This document shows, in pieces, positions 24,301-37,000 of a DNA stretch of 64,000 nt. The stretch spans positions 26,288,001-26,352,000 of the forward strand of contig OZ024744.1 of the NCBI GenBank assembly GCA_964016885.1. Reading direction: 5' to 3'. Source of the stretch: Eledone cirrhosa (Eukaryota). The position numbers and the translations under genes were made by a program. How positions within the stretch are numbered: the first letter of the stretch is position 1; each line of letters starts with the position of its first letter. The notes below the pieces were generated by a model. That model made no database searches. It had not been told where the DNA came from and saw nothing but the letters and a program-made list of their open reading frames with translations.

Positions 24301-26658
24301 TAGAGTCGATTAGGTTTAGCAAAGGACTAGTGATAGAGGAGTAAATCGCCAGGTTTGGATGGTCTGCCCTACGAGATTTAGGCATTTATGCCAGACTTGT
24401 TCGATGACCTCTTGGCAGACGTCTACTGCAACTGGCAGCAGAACGGGAGCATTCCCAGTTTTGTGAGCCGGTGAGTGGTGGCGCTGCTGAGAAAAGACCC
24501 GAACAAGGGGGACGTTATAGACAACTTCAGGCCCATAACCCTACTAAACGCAGAGTTCAAGATTTTGGCCAAGGTGTTAGCAACAAGGTTGGCGCTTGTC
24601 GTCAAAGGTCTGGTGGGAGAGGCGCAGACATGCGCCATTCTCTACAGATCCATACATGACAACCTCTACTTCATGCGATACATCATAGAGAGGGTGGTTA
24701 AGGAACCTGGCATCGGTGGGGCCCTGATCAACTCGGATCAATCCATAGCATTCGACAGGGTCGACCATCGTTAACTGGCGGCGATTCTCGAGGCAGCCGC
24801 TTTCGGGGCCGTTTTCAGGGGTTGGATCGCTGCGATGTACAGCGACATCTGCTCAGTTGTGAGGGTGAACGGCCACCCGTCGCAGCCGTTCAGCATCATG
24901 CGCTCGGTCCGCCAGGGTTGTCCCCTCACGTCCCTCTTGTATGTATTGGCTCTCGAGCCGTTACTGCACAAACTGGGGTCGATGATGGACGTCCCACGCG
25001 AACTAGTATGCGGGAAATCCGAATCGGCTTTCGCTGACGACATCACCGTAGTGGTGTCGAGCACCAGACACGTCCAGATGCTCGGCATCGCTCTCAAGGA
25101 ATACGAAGCGGTGACAGGAGTAAAGATAAACCAGGAAAAGTCGGTGGGCTTGCAGCTCGGCAACTTGAGAGGCAAGTCCATGACGTCCGACAGCGTCCTG
25201 GGGCGTTGGACGGGAGGTTCGGTTAAATTGCTCGTGGTCTGTGTGGGACCGGATCTCCAGATGGAGAAAAACTGGAGCGAGGTGACGAGCAAGGTGGTCT
25301 CCCTCACCCAGAAATGGGCCGAGAGGCAGCCGTCCCTGAAAGGTCGGGCGGAGGTGGAGAATGAGTCATCTGCTACCGCCTAACCGTCGTCCCTTGCCCC
25401 AGCCCAACTCTCACCAAAATGGAGCGCCTCCTCTTTCCCTTTTTGTGGAAGGGACGCGCTCCCATGGTCAGACGATCCGTCTGATGTCAACACCCGTTGC
25501 GTGGATGACTGGGCATGCCTTCGCTGATGATGCGCAAACATGCGCTGAGGCTGCGACATCTCAGCTGCTTCCTTGACGGTGAACAGTTGTAGTCGCCGTT
25601 CGCCAGGCACATTTTCCCACAGCTCGTCTCCTTGATGGAGCTGCAGTCCTGGGTCAGAAAAAGACCGAGGGGTAGCGCTTGGATACTGGAATGTCTCCAG
25701 GCGCTCACTGCCCTCTGCCAGCTGGGCACCAGTATCGGTGGAACATCCACCTCGGCGTTCTATAGAGGACTAGTGGAAGGGAAGAGCGACGACGTTCTCG
25801 GAGAGATCCTGGGCGTCGAAGAAGATCAGCTGTTTGCTCTCTTCCGGAGAACTTTCAGCCCAGGGCCTATGGATAACTTCCAAAAATCCCTGGCCTGGCA
25901 GTGCTACCGCAGAGCGTTGCCGGTTCGAGATAAGCTCTACAGGCAAGGTAGAGGCGCGCAGAGCGACGAAACCGTCGTGCATGCACTCGTTCAGTGTCCG
26001 AGCATTGCTGAAGTGTGGAGCTATGTTGAACAGTTGCTGTCGCGTGTAGGACTGATCCGGTTATCGACTGAGTCCATTGTGCAGATGGTCTCGCCGTCTT
26101 CCTTCGAGGAGGAAGGGCAGGCGGTTTTCACCTGCTTGGTGGCCATGGCGAAAGAGAATGTGTGGTGAACAAGGTTGAAAGGGTTAAAGACAGACACTTT
26201 CCTCTTCGGCGAATCCCTAATTCACTTTTTCAAGTTTCACTTGAAGAGGAAAATCAGGGTGGAGAGGCAAGTGCTTCCTTCTAGCAAGTTTGTCGAAAGG
26301 TGAGTGAATGTAGCGAGAATGGTCCGAGTGAACGGGACCGCTCTGAATATACGTCTGTAGTTTGAGAGATGGAAAAATTGAGAGAGGGCGCTTGCCCTGG
26401 TGGTCAGGGTGGCCGTGGTCTTTTGTGTGGTTTTCGCCACGGGTAACCCTCGGAGGTTTCCCCTCTATTGGGGAATTTTTCATTGTTTCAATTTTCATTT
26501 TTATTCTTTATATATATATATGTTTCTGTATCTTTTTTTTCTTTTCTTATATAAATAAAAATATTTACACGCACAAAACCCACATCGTACCGTCCTGTAC
26601 CATCCTGTGTCGTCTGTAATGTTTTTCTTGATGTCAGCCCTTGTGGCCAATAAAGAAA

Positions 26659-26660
<2 letters not shown>
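21355..26660 (+). pseudogene. Degenerate near-full-length L1/Tx1-type LINE (ORF1 ~21530-23399, ORF2 23436-26360)
   Basis: Colinear with 27639-33537; many stops; ~460-bp deletion near 24340; FADD motif; (ATT)n tail. Confidence 0.92.
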
Positions 26661-26732
<72 letters not shown>

Positions 26733-26739
26733 GTTCTTT

Positions 26740-27380
26740 GAGTCTCAGTCATTGATGTTAGTTAACTGGAAAGTTTGTTGAAATGAACATCAAGCCAATA
26801 ACTGCAGCCTCAGATATACAGGACGTATCGGAGGGTTCTTGCTGTTCCCAGCAAGCATGCCTTTTGAAGCGTTCCAAAAAGCGGGGCGGGGCTAATTTTC
26901 TTTAACCATCCCTGGAAGCCTTTTGAGATAGTACCTAGTGCGCCTATGACAATCGGGACCACTTTGACTTCATAGAAGTTCCAAATCCTTTTTACCTCCC
27001 ACTTTAAGTCCTTGTATCGGTTAATTTTTTTCTGCTCCTTCTCTTGCACTCTCGTGTCGAATGGGCAGGCCACATACACAATCAGGCACGATCTTTTCTC
27101 CTTGTCCAAAACCACCAGTTTCTTGTCCGTCTGTATCCTAAAATCCCACAGCACCTTCACCTGATCGTTTTCTATCACCAACTCTGGCTTATGCTCATAC
27201 CACTTCTCAGAATGTGGTAAATTATTTACTTTGCATAGGTGCCAGTGGATCACCCTGCCCATCACATCATGTCTCCAGCCTTTATAGTGAGTCTGGGCTA
27301 GGTGTTTACACTCGGATACAATGTGAGCCACAGTCTCGTCTCTCTCTCTCCACAGATCATGCACAGTGGGATAGCCTCCA
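26740..27380 (-). mobile_element. Dong/R4-like 3' fragment (CCHC + RLE) in (TAA)n
   Basis: ETVAHIVSEC, RHD, LWDFRIQTD, ACPFD, KINRYKDL, PIVIGALG; (AAT)n at both ends. Confidence 0.88.
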
Positions 27381-27396
27381 TATTATTATTATTATT

Positions 27397-27576
27397 GGAT
27401 TGGCAGTATCGGTAGAGGGTCGGACGTCATGCTTTGACGCAAAGAGTTACCTCTCTTTATGATCTGAGTTCAAATCCCGCCGAGGTTAATTTGCCTTTCA
27501 TCCTTACGAGGTCGATTAAATAAAGTACCAGTAATCTACTGATTAATTGCTGGCCTTGTGCCAAAAAGTAGAAACA

Positions 27577-27638
<62 letters not shown>
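27397..27638 (+). mobile_element. SINE family 1 with long (ATT)n tail
   Basis: Full copy with boxes A and B; (ATT)n at 27577-27638. Confidence 0.92.
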
Positions 27639-27639
<1 letters not shown>

Positions 27640-27847
27640 GGCGACCTACGTAGTAAATAGTATCATCGTGAGCTCCGCAAAGGTTTGTTATTTCCGTTTG
27701 TTAAAAATTGTCATTTATGGAAAATTTTATTGTTAACTATTTATAAGCGCACATACATTGTTTTCCGAAAAGGACACCCAAAAAGATTGGGGCCTTGTGC
27801 CCAAAATTTAAACTTTTATTATTATCAAAAAAATTTCTTTGAAAAAA

Positions 27848-29832
27848 ATGGCTATTTCACCTCTGCACGAAGCAGCTGAAAGCCTTCCTCACAAAATAAC
27901 ACCTCACACCGACACCACCATTGTAAATGTTACTACGTTTGCCAACACAAAAAAAAATATAAGCACTAGCAATATTTTAAATTTGTCTCAGGCAGACATT
28001 CATTTCCCGCCATTACCAATGACTGCAGGTGTTAAAGCCTCCACCACCACCACCACCGTGACAACCACCACCATCACCACCACCGCGACAACAGAAACAA
28101 AAGAAGAAAAACATAAATTAACTCGTGATGTCGAAATGAAATCAAGCAAAATGGACTCTTCCCCACCAAAGACGACTGACGTCACCACCACCACAACTGA
28201 AACTAAAATTAATATTAACGATAGCAACAACAACAATGACATTATAAACCCCCCCCCCTCAATTTCGCCAGAGTAGCAAAACAATTCGAAGCATTTACGG
28301 TAACTCAGGAGGATTTAGAAAATGCCAAACAAATGGTAAAGAAAGATGGGTACAGGGTCAGCCTCACCCCCCCACTTAATAAAATGGAGCATCGGCGCCT
28401 ATGCACCGTGTCGTATAGAACAATAAATGTAAAATCGCGCCGAGTGGAACGGGCATCCGCGTCCCAAATCCAAAAAGCTTTGGGACATGTGTGGGCAAGT
28501 AAAACCCACACCAGACGTTGGCAAAAGTATGGAACCGTGGACGTGTTCTTTGAAACACCAGAGGAGGCTAGAGAACACTCCATGGCCCCATTAAGAAGTG
28601 ACGACTTCACACTCGTCCCAAGCTATTGTGGCCAGAGACTCGTAAAGATCAGGGTGACCCACGTTCCACCGGCCATCGAAATTCCCTGGCTAATAGCGGT
28701 TGTCCTCGCCGGCATCGAAGCCAACACGAAAATAATAGCAATAGCAAAAGAAAAGCAGGAGAACTGGTCCGGATCTGGGATGGAGCTCCTGATCCAAGCG
28801 GACCAAAAAAGCATTGAGGAGATCCCAGAGGTAATAGACCTCACTGACGGCAGCCACCTCACGGTAATTGTCGAGGGCAGAAGACCTAGGTGTGTCGTTT
28901 GTGGTGAAGGAACCCACCTAAGGGCTTTCTGGCCTCAGGCTAAAAGGTTGAGGCCACCTCTCCTACCCACCCCAGTGACACAACCATCAACACCACCAGT
29001 AGCAGAGATGGCAGCAACAACTGTAGCAGCAACAACAGAAGCAACTATAACAGCAACAACCCCAGCAACAGTAGCAAAACCAACACCACCACCACCACCA
29101 GCAAAACCAACACCACGACCACCCAACGCTTCAGAACTAGCACCAGCGCCTACACCATCCACCACGCCACAACCAAAACTAACGGCTGTGGAGGATTTTC
29201 CACTCCCCGGCCTATCACAACTGGAGACAGATTGTGACGACGAGGAGTGGGAAACGATATCCGGAAAAAAAAAAAGAAACCAAAAAAGAAAAAATTCTCT
29301 TCCTTCCCCCTCCAAAAACAAAATACAGAGGGAAACAAATAAATCAAGAAACAAAAAAGTTAGGACAGATATGCCACCATCCACACCAGCATCACCAACC
29401 CCATCAACCCAAACACCAACACCATCACCATCATTAACCCCAACACCACCATCACCTACACCACAAAAGTCACCAAAATGCGAAACAGAAACAAACCCAC
29501 AACAAACGCAAACAAAACAAAACAACCAAAACGATACACACTACACAGCATTAAATTTGAACAACAAGCAATTACTACACTACATCCAACACAACACCAG
29601 CATCACAGAAAAAGACTACACAACAACCCCAAAATTCACACCACCTCCACACATACAAATCACTCGCATCACACAGAAAACGTACATGACACTAAAACAA
29701 AAATTCCCCAAAGACATCGGAGACTTCCGACAAGCACTCTCCAGGAGGATTTATAAGGACATCCTTCCTGAGGAGGCCACAAGCAGTGAAAAGGATGGAA
29801 AAACCGTCCTTCCCCTACGAGAAGTAAGGTAA
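27848..29832 (+). CDS. LINE ORF1 (gag-like, degenerate zinc knuckle, Pro/Thr-rich); one frameshift at the C10 run 28249-28258
   Basis: RPRCVVCGEGTHLRAFW knuckle; homologous to ORF1 pieces at 21919-22839; the frame upstream of 28333 stays open back to the C-run. Confidence 0.8.
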
Positions 29833-29866
29833 GTGGTCTTTCCCATCTTTTCCACTCCTTTTCAAC

Positions 29867-32800
29867 ATGACCTCACTCAGAATAGGCAGCATAAATGCGC
29901 GTGGCTTGGGTGGCTTGGGGTCGTCATGGAAGCAGGGCCACCTGCTCAACGACCTCAGGTCACTAAACATAGATGTAGTGGCCATCAGTGAGACCAGAAT
30001 CTCCGAAGCACAGGCTTTCGCACCGATCTTCGGCGGCTACGATGTGTACGCATCTCCCAGCCGTCCGGGATCGGGGGGAGGAGTTGCTGTGCTTTTTCGG
30101 AGAGGTTTGGATCTTGCCATACGGGCCATCTTCCTGGACCCAGAAGGTAAGTTGGTGGTGCTGGACGTGACCAGCGGAGGCGGCCAAGCTTTCAGGTTAG
30201 TGGCCGTCTATGCCCCGACAGGAGCAGGGCGGCCTGATTTCTTCCGGCGTCTGGAGACCTTTCTTGGAACGTCCCGCTTTTTATTGTTAGTGGGCGACTG
30301 GAACGGGATCTTAGATGCATGCTGGGATTGTGTGGGATTAGTGGATAGGGAAGGAGGGTGCAAGAGTCTCACCAACCTGCTCAGACGTTTTGAACTGTCT
30401 GACAAGTACCGATTGGATTTCCCGAATGTACCAATGTGGACTTGGACAAATCGCATAGGGTCATCCAGATCATATCTAGATAGAGTATTTTGTAGGGAAA
30501 TAGATAGGTCTAGCATAGGCTGTCCACAATTCAAGATAGTCAGCTACACGGACCACAAATTCGTGATCTGTGTGCTTGACTTAGATAGGCTTCATAGACG
30601 AGGACCCGGCTACTGGAAGCTAAACGCGTCCTTACCAGCGCGCAAGGCCTACAGAGACCGGATTAGCGAACTAGTTAAGCGGGCGTTGACGGGGGCCATC
30701 GTCAACAACAAGTGGTGGTTTGCTCTGAAAAGAGCAATTAGAATAGAGTCCATTAGGTTTAGTAAGACTTTAGCAATAGAGAAAAATAGAGCAGAGGGAG
30801 AATTAGTTAGAAAATTAGATGAGGCGCTTAGCAAAGGCATCGCGACCGACGTACTTGCGGCGAAATTGGCCCTTGACCAATTCTTCAATGCAAAGCACGA
30901 AGGCTGCGTTGTCAGAGCAAGGGTGCGTGCTCTCAGACACGAGGGGACGAAAGCCGTTCAATGGGCCCGAGTGGCGGAGGCGCGTCGTGGCAACAAAGCC
31001 ACGATCCGGTCTTTGGTGGACCACGACGGGCGCATGCTACTCGATCCCGGGCAAATGTGTGAAGCTTTTCAGCGACACTTCGCTCAACTGTTCGGGGGCA
31101 GTGCCGGGCCGGATCGAGGGATGGACTTTAGTGTCTACCTCGACGGACTGCCGCGATTTTCGGCCACTGAGGCGGAGTGTTGCGAAAAGCCGATAACAAC
31201 CGCTGAAGAACGGGATGCAATGACTAGTTGCACAAGGGGTAAATCGCCTGGTTTGGATGGTCTGCCCTATGAACTTTACGTACAAATGCCAAACTTGTTC
31301 GGAGGCCTCTTGGCGGACGTCTACTGCAACTGGCAACAGAACGGGAGAATTCCCAGCTCTGTGAGCCGAGGAGCGGTGGCGCTGCTGAGAAAGGATCCGA
31401 ACAAGGGGGATAACATAGATAATTTTAGGCCCATAACTCTGCTAAACATAGAGTTCAAGATTTTGGCAAATGTGCTAGCAAAGAGGTTGGCGCTTGTCGT
31501 TGGTGGTCTGGTGGGAGAGGCACAGACATGCGCCATTCCCGACAGATCCATCCACGACAACCTCCACCTCATGCGATACATCGTAGAGAGGGTAGCTAGG
31601 GAACCTGGCACGGGTGGGTCTTTGATCAATTTAGATCAGTCGAAAGCCTTCGATAGGGTCGACCATCGTTACCTAGCGGCAGTCCTGAGGGCGGCTGGCT
31701 TTGGGCCCGTCTTCAGAGGCTGGATCACTGCCATGCACAGCGACATCTCCTCTGTAGTGAGAGTGAACGGTCACCTTTCGGAACCGTTCAACATCATGCG
31801 CTCGGTCCGCCAAGGATGTCCCCTCTCGTCTCTATTGTACGTATTGACTCTCGAGCCATTACTGCACAAACTGGAGACGTTGAGGGGGGTCCCGCGCGAA
31901 CTAGGATGCGGAAGATCCGTGTCAGCATATGCCGACGATGTCACCGTAGTGGTGTCGAGCGCCAAACACATCGAGGCGATCGGCACTACACTAAGAGAAT
32001 ACGAAGCGGTGACAGGAGCAATGATCAACCAGGAAAAGTCAGTGGGCCTGCAGCTCGGCACCTGGAGAGGCAGGTCCATGCCGTCCAACAGCGTCGTCGG
32101 GCGCTGGACGGACGGACCGGTTAAATTGCTAGGGGTCTGGTTCGGTCCAGACCTCCAGACGGACAAAAACTGGGACGAGGTGACGAGCAGGGTGGCTTCT
32201 CTCACCCAGAAATGGGCCGAGAGGAAGCTATCCCTGAAAGGTCGAGCGGAGGTGGCGAATGCGTACATCGCATCCGTCATCTACTACCGCCTGACCGTCG
32301 TACGTTGTCCTAAGCTCCGCCTGACTGCGCTGGAGCGTTTGCTCTTTCGCTTCTTGTGGAAGGGACGCGCTCCGATGGTCAGGCGGTCCATCTGCTGTCA
32401 ACACCCGCTACGTGGAGGGCTGGGCATGCCGTGGCTGATGATGCGCAGACACGCGCTCAGGCTACGACATCTCCACCTCTTCCTCGACGGTGATCAGGTG
32501 TGGTCGCTGTTTGCAAGACACGTTTTTCCCCAGCTCGTCTCCTTGACGGAGCTGCAGTCCTGGGTCAAGCGAAGACCGAGAGGGAGCGCTTGGAGACTGG
32601 AATGTCTTCAGGCGCTCACAGCCCTCGACCAATCAGGCAATGTGATCGGTGGAAACTCCACCTTGGCGTTCTATAGGGGATTAGTGGAGGGGAAGAGCGA
32701 CGACGTACTTGGAGAAACTCTAGGCGTCGACGAAAATCAACTAGCCAATCTCCTCGGAAGGACTTTTGGGCCGGGGCCTATGGACAACTTCCAGAAATCC

Positions 32801-33295
32801 CTGGCCTGGCAGTGCTACCGAGGAACTTTGCCAGTTCGGGATAAACTCTACAGGCATGGAGGTGCCGTCAGCCGGGCATGTCCGAGATGCGCGCAGGGCG
32901 ACGAAACCATCCTGCACGCACTCGTCCAGTGTCCGAGCATTGCTGACTTGTGGGTTTATGTCGAACACCTGCTGTCACGTGTAGGACCTATCCAGCTATC
33001 AGCTGAGTCCATCGTGAGGATTGCCCCGCCCCCTTCCTTTAGCCGGGAAGGGCAGGCAGTTTTTATCTGTCTGTTTGCCATGGCGAAAGAGATAGTATGG
33101 TGGACACGTTTGAAAGGGCTGAAGACGAGCACTTACCTCTTCGGTGATGGCCTGATTAACTTTTTCAAATTTCATTTGAAAAGGAAAATCAGGGTAGAGA
33201 GGGAAGTGCTCTCTTCCCAGCATTTTGTTGAAAGATGGGTGAGAGAAGCAAGTATGGCCCGAATGAATGGGCCTTCTCTGAGTATGTGTCTGTAA
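29867..33295 (+). CDS. LINE ORF2: AP endonuclease - reverse transcriptase - zf-RVT, 1142 aa
   Basis: SINARGL, ISETR, VYAP, GDWN, SYLDR, TDHK; KSPGLDGLP, NFRPITLLN, KAFDRVDH, VRQGCPLS, YADD; CPRC..ETILHALVQC. Confidence 0.97.
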   Translation: MTSLRIGSINARGLGGLGSSWKQGHLLNDLRSLNIDVVAISETRISEAQAFAPIFGGYDVYASPSRPGSGGGVAVLFRRGLDLAIRAIFLDPEGKLVVLDVTSGGGQAFRLVAVYAPTGAGRPDFFRRLETFLGTSRFLLLVGDWNGILDACWDCVGLVDREGGCKSLTNLLRRFELSDKYRLDFPNVPMWTWTNRIGSSRSYLDRVFCREIDRSSIGCPQFKIVSYTDHKFVICVLDLDRLHRRGPGYWKLNASLPARKAYRDRISELVKRALTGAIVNNKWWFALKRAIRIESIRFSKTLAIEKNRAEGELVRKLDEALSKGIATDVLAAKLALDQFFNAKHEGCVVRARVRALRHEGTKAVQWARVAEARRGNKATIRSLVDHDGRMLLDPGQMCEAFQRHFAQLFGGSAGPDRGMDFSVYLDGLPRFSATEAECCEKPITTAEERDAMTSCTRGKSPGLDGLPYELYVQMPNLFGGLLADVYCNWQQNGRIPSSVSRGAVALLRKDPNKGDNIDNFRPITLLNIEFKILANVLAKRLALVVGGLVGEAQTCAIPDRSIHDNLHLMRYIVERVAREPGTGGSLINLDQSKAFDRVDHRYLAAVLRAAGFGPVFRGWITAMHSDISSVVRVNGHLSEPFNIMRSVRQGCPLSSLLYVLTLEPLLHKLETLRGVPRELGCGRSVSAYADDVTVVVSSAKHIEAIGTTLREYEAVTGAMINQEKSVGLQLGTWRGRSMPSNSVVGRWTDGPVKLLGVWFGPDLQTDKNWDEVTSRVASLTQKWAERKLSLKGRAEVANAYIASVIYYRLTVVRCPKLRLTALERLLFRFLWKGRAPMVRRSICCQHPLRGGLGMPWLMMRRHALRLRHLHLFLDGDQVWSLFARHVFPQLVSLTELQSWVKRRPRGSAWRLECLQALTALDQSGNVIGGNSTLAFYRGLVEGKSDDVLGETLGVDENQLANLLGRTFGPGPMDNFQKSLAWQCYRGTLPVRDKLYRHGGAVSRACPRCAQGDETILHALVQCPSIADLWVYVEHLLSRVGPIQLSAESIVRIAPPPSFSREGQAVFICLFAMAKEIVWWTRLKGLKTSTYLFGDGLINFFKFHLKRKIRVEREVLSSQHFVERWVREASMARMNGPSLSMCL

Positions 33296-33536
33296 ATTAA
33301 GGGTGGAAAACTGGGAGAGGGCACTTGCCCTGGTGGTCAGGCCCACTGTGGTCTTTTAATGGGCTTTCTCCACAAATGTCCCTTGGAAGTCTCCCCCCTA
33401 TTGGGGAATTTTTCTTTGTTATTTTATTTCAACCTCTGTTTTTTACACGCAGAAATGCCCATTTGTACCGTCCTGTATTGTCCTGTACTGTCCTTAATGT
33501 CTACTTTATGTGAACCCTTGTGGTTAATAAAGAAAA

Positions 33537-33537
<1 letters not shown>

Positions 33538-33591
<54 letters not shown>

Positions 33592-33792
33592 GTTGTTGTT
33601 GCTGTTGTTATAATACTATGATTATTACAACCACCACCATTATCAATATCATAACATTCATTCACATCATCATCACCGCCACCATCATCATCTATATATT
33701 ACCCCGCCTCCACCTCCTCCTCATTATCATCACCAACCATCCATATTATTCGCATCATCACCACCACCACCACCACCATCACTACCACTATT

Positions 33793-33824
<32 letters not shown>

Positions 33825-33972
33825 TATCCCCATCAACATCTTTCTCATCTTCTTCCTCCGTTTCATCACCATCATCACCATCATTAACATACTCCTCCTG
33901 ATAATCCTCATCGTTCACTATCATCCACCTCCTCCTACCACTACTCATCATCACTATCATCATCATCATCAT
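33538..33972. repeat. (ATT)n grading into (CAT/CAC)n
   Basis: Direct inspection. Confidence 0.9.
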
Positions 33973-34051
33973 GCAGTATTGTCATTATAGATGAAACCCT
34001 GTACAACAGGAGCTGTCGTCGATATTTGTTATGGTAGAAAGACAGGAATAA

Positions 34052-37000
34052 AGTATCTACTAATAAATAAGGGGGAGAATATCTACTAATAAATAAGGGG
34101 GGAGTATCTAGTAATAAATAAGGGGGAGAGTATCTAGTAATATATAAGGGGGGAGTATCTAATAATATATAAGGGGGAGAGTATTTAATAATATATAAAG
34201 GGGGAGTATCTAGTAATATATAAGCGGGAGAGTATCTACTAATAAATAAGGGGGGAGTATCTAGTAATAAATAAGGGGGGAGTATCTAGTAATATTTAAG
34301 GGGGAGAGTATCTACTAATAAATAAGGGGGGGAGTATCTAGTAATATATAAGGGGGAGAGTATCTACTAATATATATGGGGGGAGGGGAGTATCTACTAA
34401 CAAATAAGAGGGAGTATCTACTAATATATAAGGAGGGGGAGTATCTAATAATATATAAGTGGGAGAGTATCTACTAATAAATAAGGTTGGAGTATCTACT
34501 AATATATATGGGGGGAGGGGAGTATCTACTAATAAATAAAGGGGGAGTATCTACTAATATTTAAGGGGCGAGTATCTACTAATATATAATGGGGAGAGTA
34601 TCAACTAATAAATAAGGGGGGAGTATATACTAATATATAAGGGGTGTAGGGGAGTATCTACTAATATATAAGTGGGAGAGTATCTACTAATATATAAGGG
34701 AGGGAGTATCTACTAATAAATAAGGGGGAGTATCTACTAATAAATAAGGTTGGAGTATCTACTAATATATAAGAAAGGGGGGTATACTATCAAATAAGGG
34801 AGGGGAGTATCTACTACCATATAAGGGGGAGTATCTACTAATATATAATGAGGGGAGTATCTACTAATATATAAGGGGGGAGTATCTACTATTAAATAAA
34901 TGGGGAGTATCTACTAATATATTAAGGGGAGTATCTACTGATAAATAAGAAGGAGTATCTACTAATATATAAGGAGGGGGAGTATCTAATAATATTTAAG
35001 GGAGGAGTATCTACTAATAAATAATGGGGCAGTATCTACTAATATATAATAAGCGGGGAGGGAGTATCTACAAATATATAATAAGAGGAGGAAGTATCTA
35101 CTAATATATCAGTGGGAGTATCCTCTAATCTATATATATAAAACTGTGGTTGTCTGTCTGTCTATCGATTTTCGGCACACATCTCCTCTTAGAATCTCTC
35201 ACGGAATTGCACCGAAATTGCTATACTTGTACATTGAGCCCTAGCGAAGACATCGGAAAAAAAAAATTTCAAATTGACCCGCCCTATGTGACGAAATCGA
35301 ATATAATGTATCGATTTTTGAGCGTAAGTTATCAGTTATTTCCCTTTGTTCTGTTTACATTGAGCGTCTTACGTAAAAAATTACGCTGGCTTTCTCAGTC
35401 TTTGTTAATAAATAACCAGTGCAGTTTTTATCCCCAGCATCCTCTTTTGTTATAACATTCGGGTTATCGTTATGTTTTCTTAACTTCATAAGGCATATTG
35501 TTGGTTGAGGGAATATTAATCAAAAACACCACATGCAAGTCTGCACAGTAGACACTACAGTTTTTAAGCCAAAAAAGAAACTTAACATTGTAACTTTAAC
35601 ACAGCTACTGAGCGACCCCGTTTTGCTTCATTTCCATTTAAAAGCATTTTAAAACAATATTTTTACTTGAAAACAAGTCTATTTAAAGACTACGTAAAAC
35701 AAGCAAATATTTCGTCGTTAGGCGTGCAGACAGACAGTCGTGCAGAGAGGTGATATAGGCGTGCAGACAGACAGTCGTGCAGAGAGGTGATATAGGCGTG
35801 CAGACAGACAGTCGTGCAGAGAGGTGATATAGGCGTGCAGACAGACAGTCGTGCAGAGAGGTGATATAGGCGTGCAGACAGACAGAACTGATAATTTGGT
35901 TACGCTAATCTTTTTCTCTGCGTTGCAGTGTTTACATTTTCGATCTTTGTTAATAAATAACCAGTGCAGTTTCTATCCCCAGCATCCTCTTTTGTTATAA
36001 CATTCGGGTTATCGTTATGTTTTCTTAACTTCATAAGGCATATTGTTGGTTGAGGGAATATTAATTAAAAACACCACATGCAAGTCTGCACAGTAGACAT
36101 TACAGTTTATAAGCCAAAAAAGAAACTTAACATTGTAACTTTAACACAGCTACTGAGCGACCCCGAGCAACGCCGGGCTTTACTGCTAGTATATAATAAA
36201 GGGAGGAGTATCTACTAATATATAATAATGGGGATCTACTACTATATAATAAAGGGGGGAGTATCTACTTATAAGGAGTGGAGTATCTACTAATAAGTAA
36301 GGGGGAGGGGAGTATCTACTAATAAATAAGGGGGAGTATCTAATAATATATAAGGGGGAGTATCTAATAATATATAAGGGGGAGTATCTACTGCTAAATG
36401 AGGGGGGAGTGTCTACTAATATATAGGGAGGTGAGTATCTACTAATAAATAAGGTGGGAGTATATACTAATATATAAGGGGGGAGTATCTACTAATAAAT
36501 AAGGGCGGAGTATCTACTAATATATAAGGGGGGAGTATCTACTAATAAATAAGGGGGAGAGTATATACTAATATATAAGGGGGCGTATCTACTAATAAAT
36601 AAGGGCGGAGTATCTACTAATATATAAAGGGGGGAGTATCTACTAATATATAATACGGGGGGGGGGCAGTATCTACTAACAAATAAGAGGGAGTATCTAC
36701 TAATATATAATAAGAGGGGAGGGAGTATTAACTAATATATAATAAGAGGGGGAAGTATCTACCATTCTATCAGGGGGGCGTATCCTCTAATATATAATAA
36801 ATGGGGGAGTATCTACTAATATATAATAAAGGGGGCATCTAGTAATATATAATAAAGGGGGAGTATCTAATAATATATAAGGGGGTGGGGGTATACACTA
36901 TTAAATAAGGGAGGGAGTATCTACTAACATATAAAGAGGGGAGTATCTACTTATAAGGGGGTAATTATCTACTAATAAATGAGGGGGGAGTATCTACTAA

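Larger units (their letters stand above)
27639..33537 (+). mobile_element. Full-length L1/Tx1-type non-LTR retrotransposon
   Basis: 5' UTR, ORF1, 34-nt spacer, intact ORF2, 3' UTR with AATAAA; (ATT)n on both sides. Confidence 0.95.

Noticed and set aside
22518-33346. Antisense ORFs within the LINEs
   Set aside because: Shadow frames of GC-rich or low-complexity coding sequence
33985-34033. Possible micro-exon between AG and GT
   Set aside because: Weak splice context and unrecognised peptide
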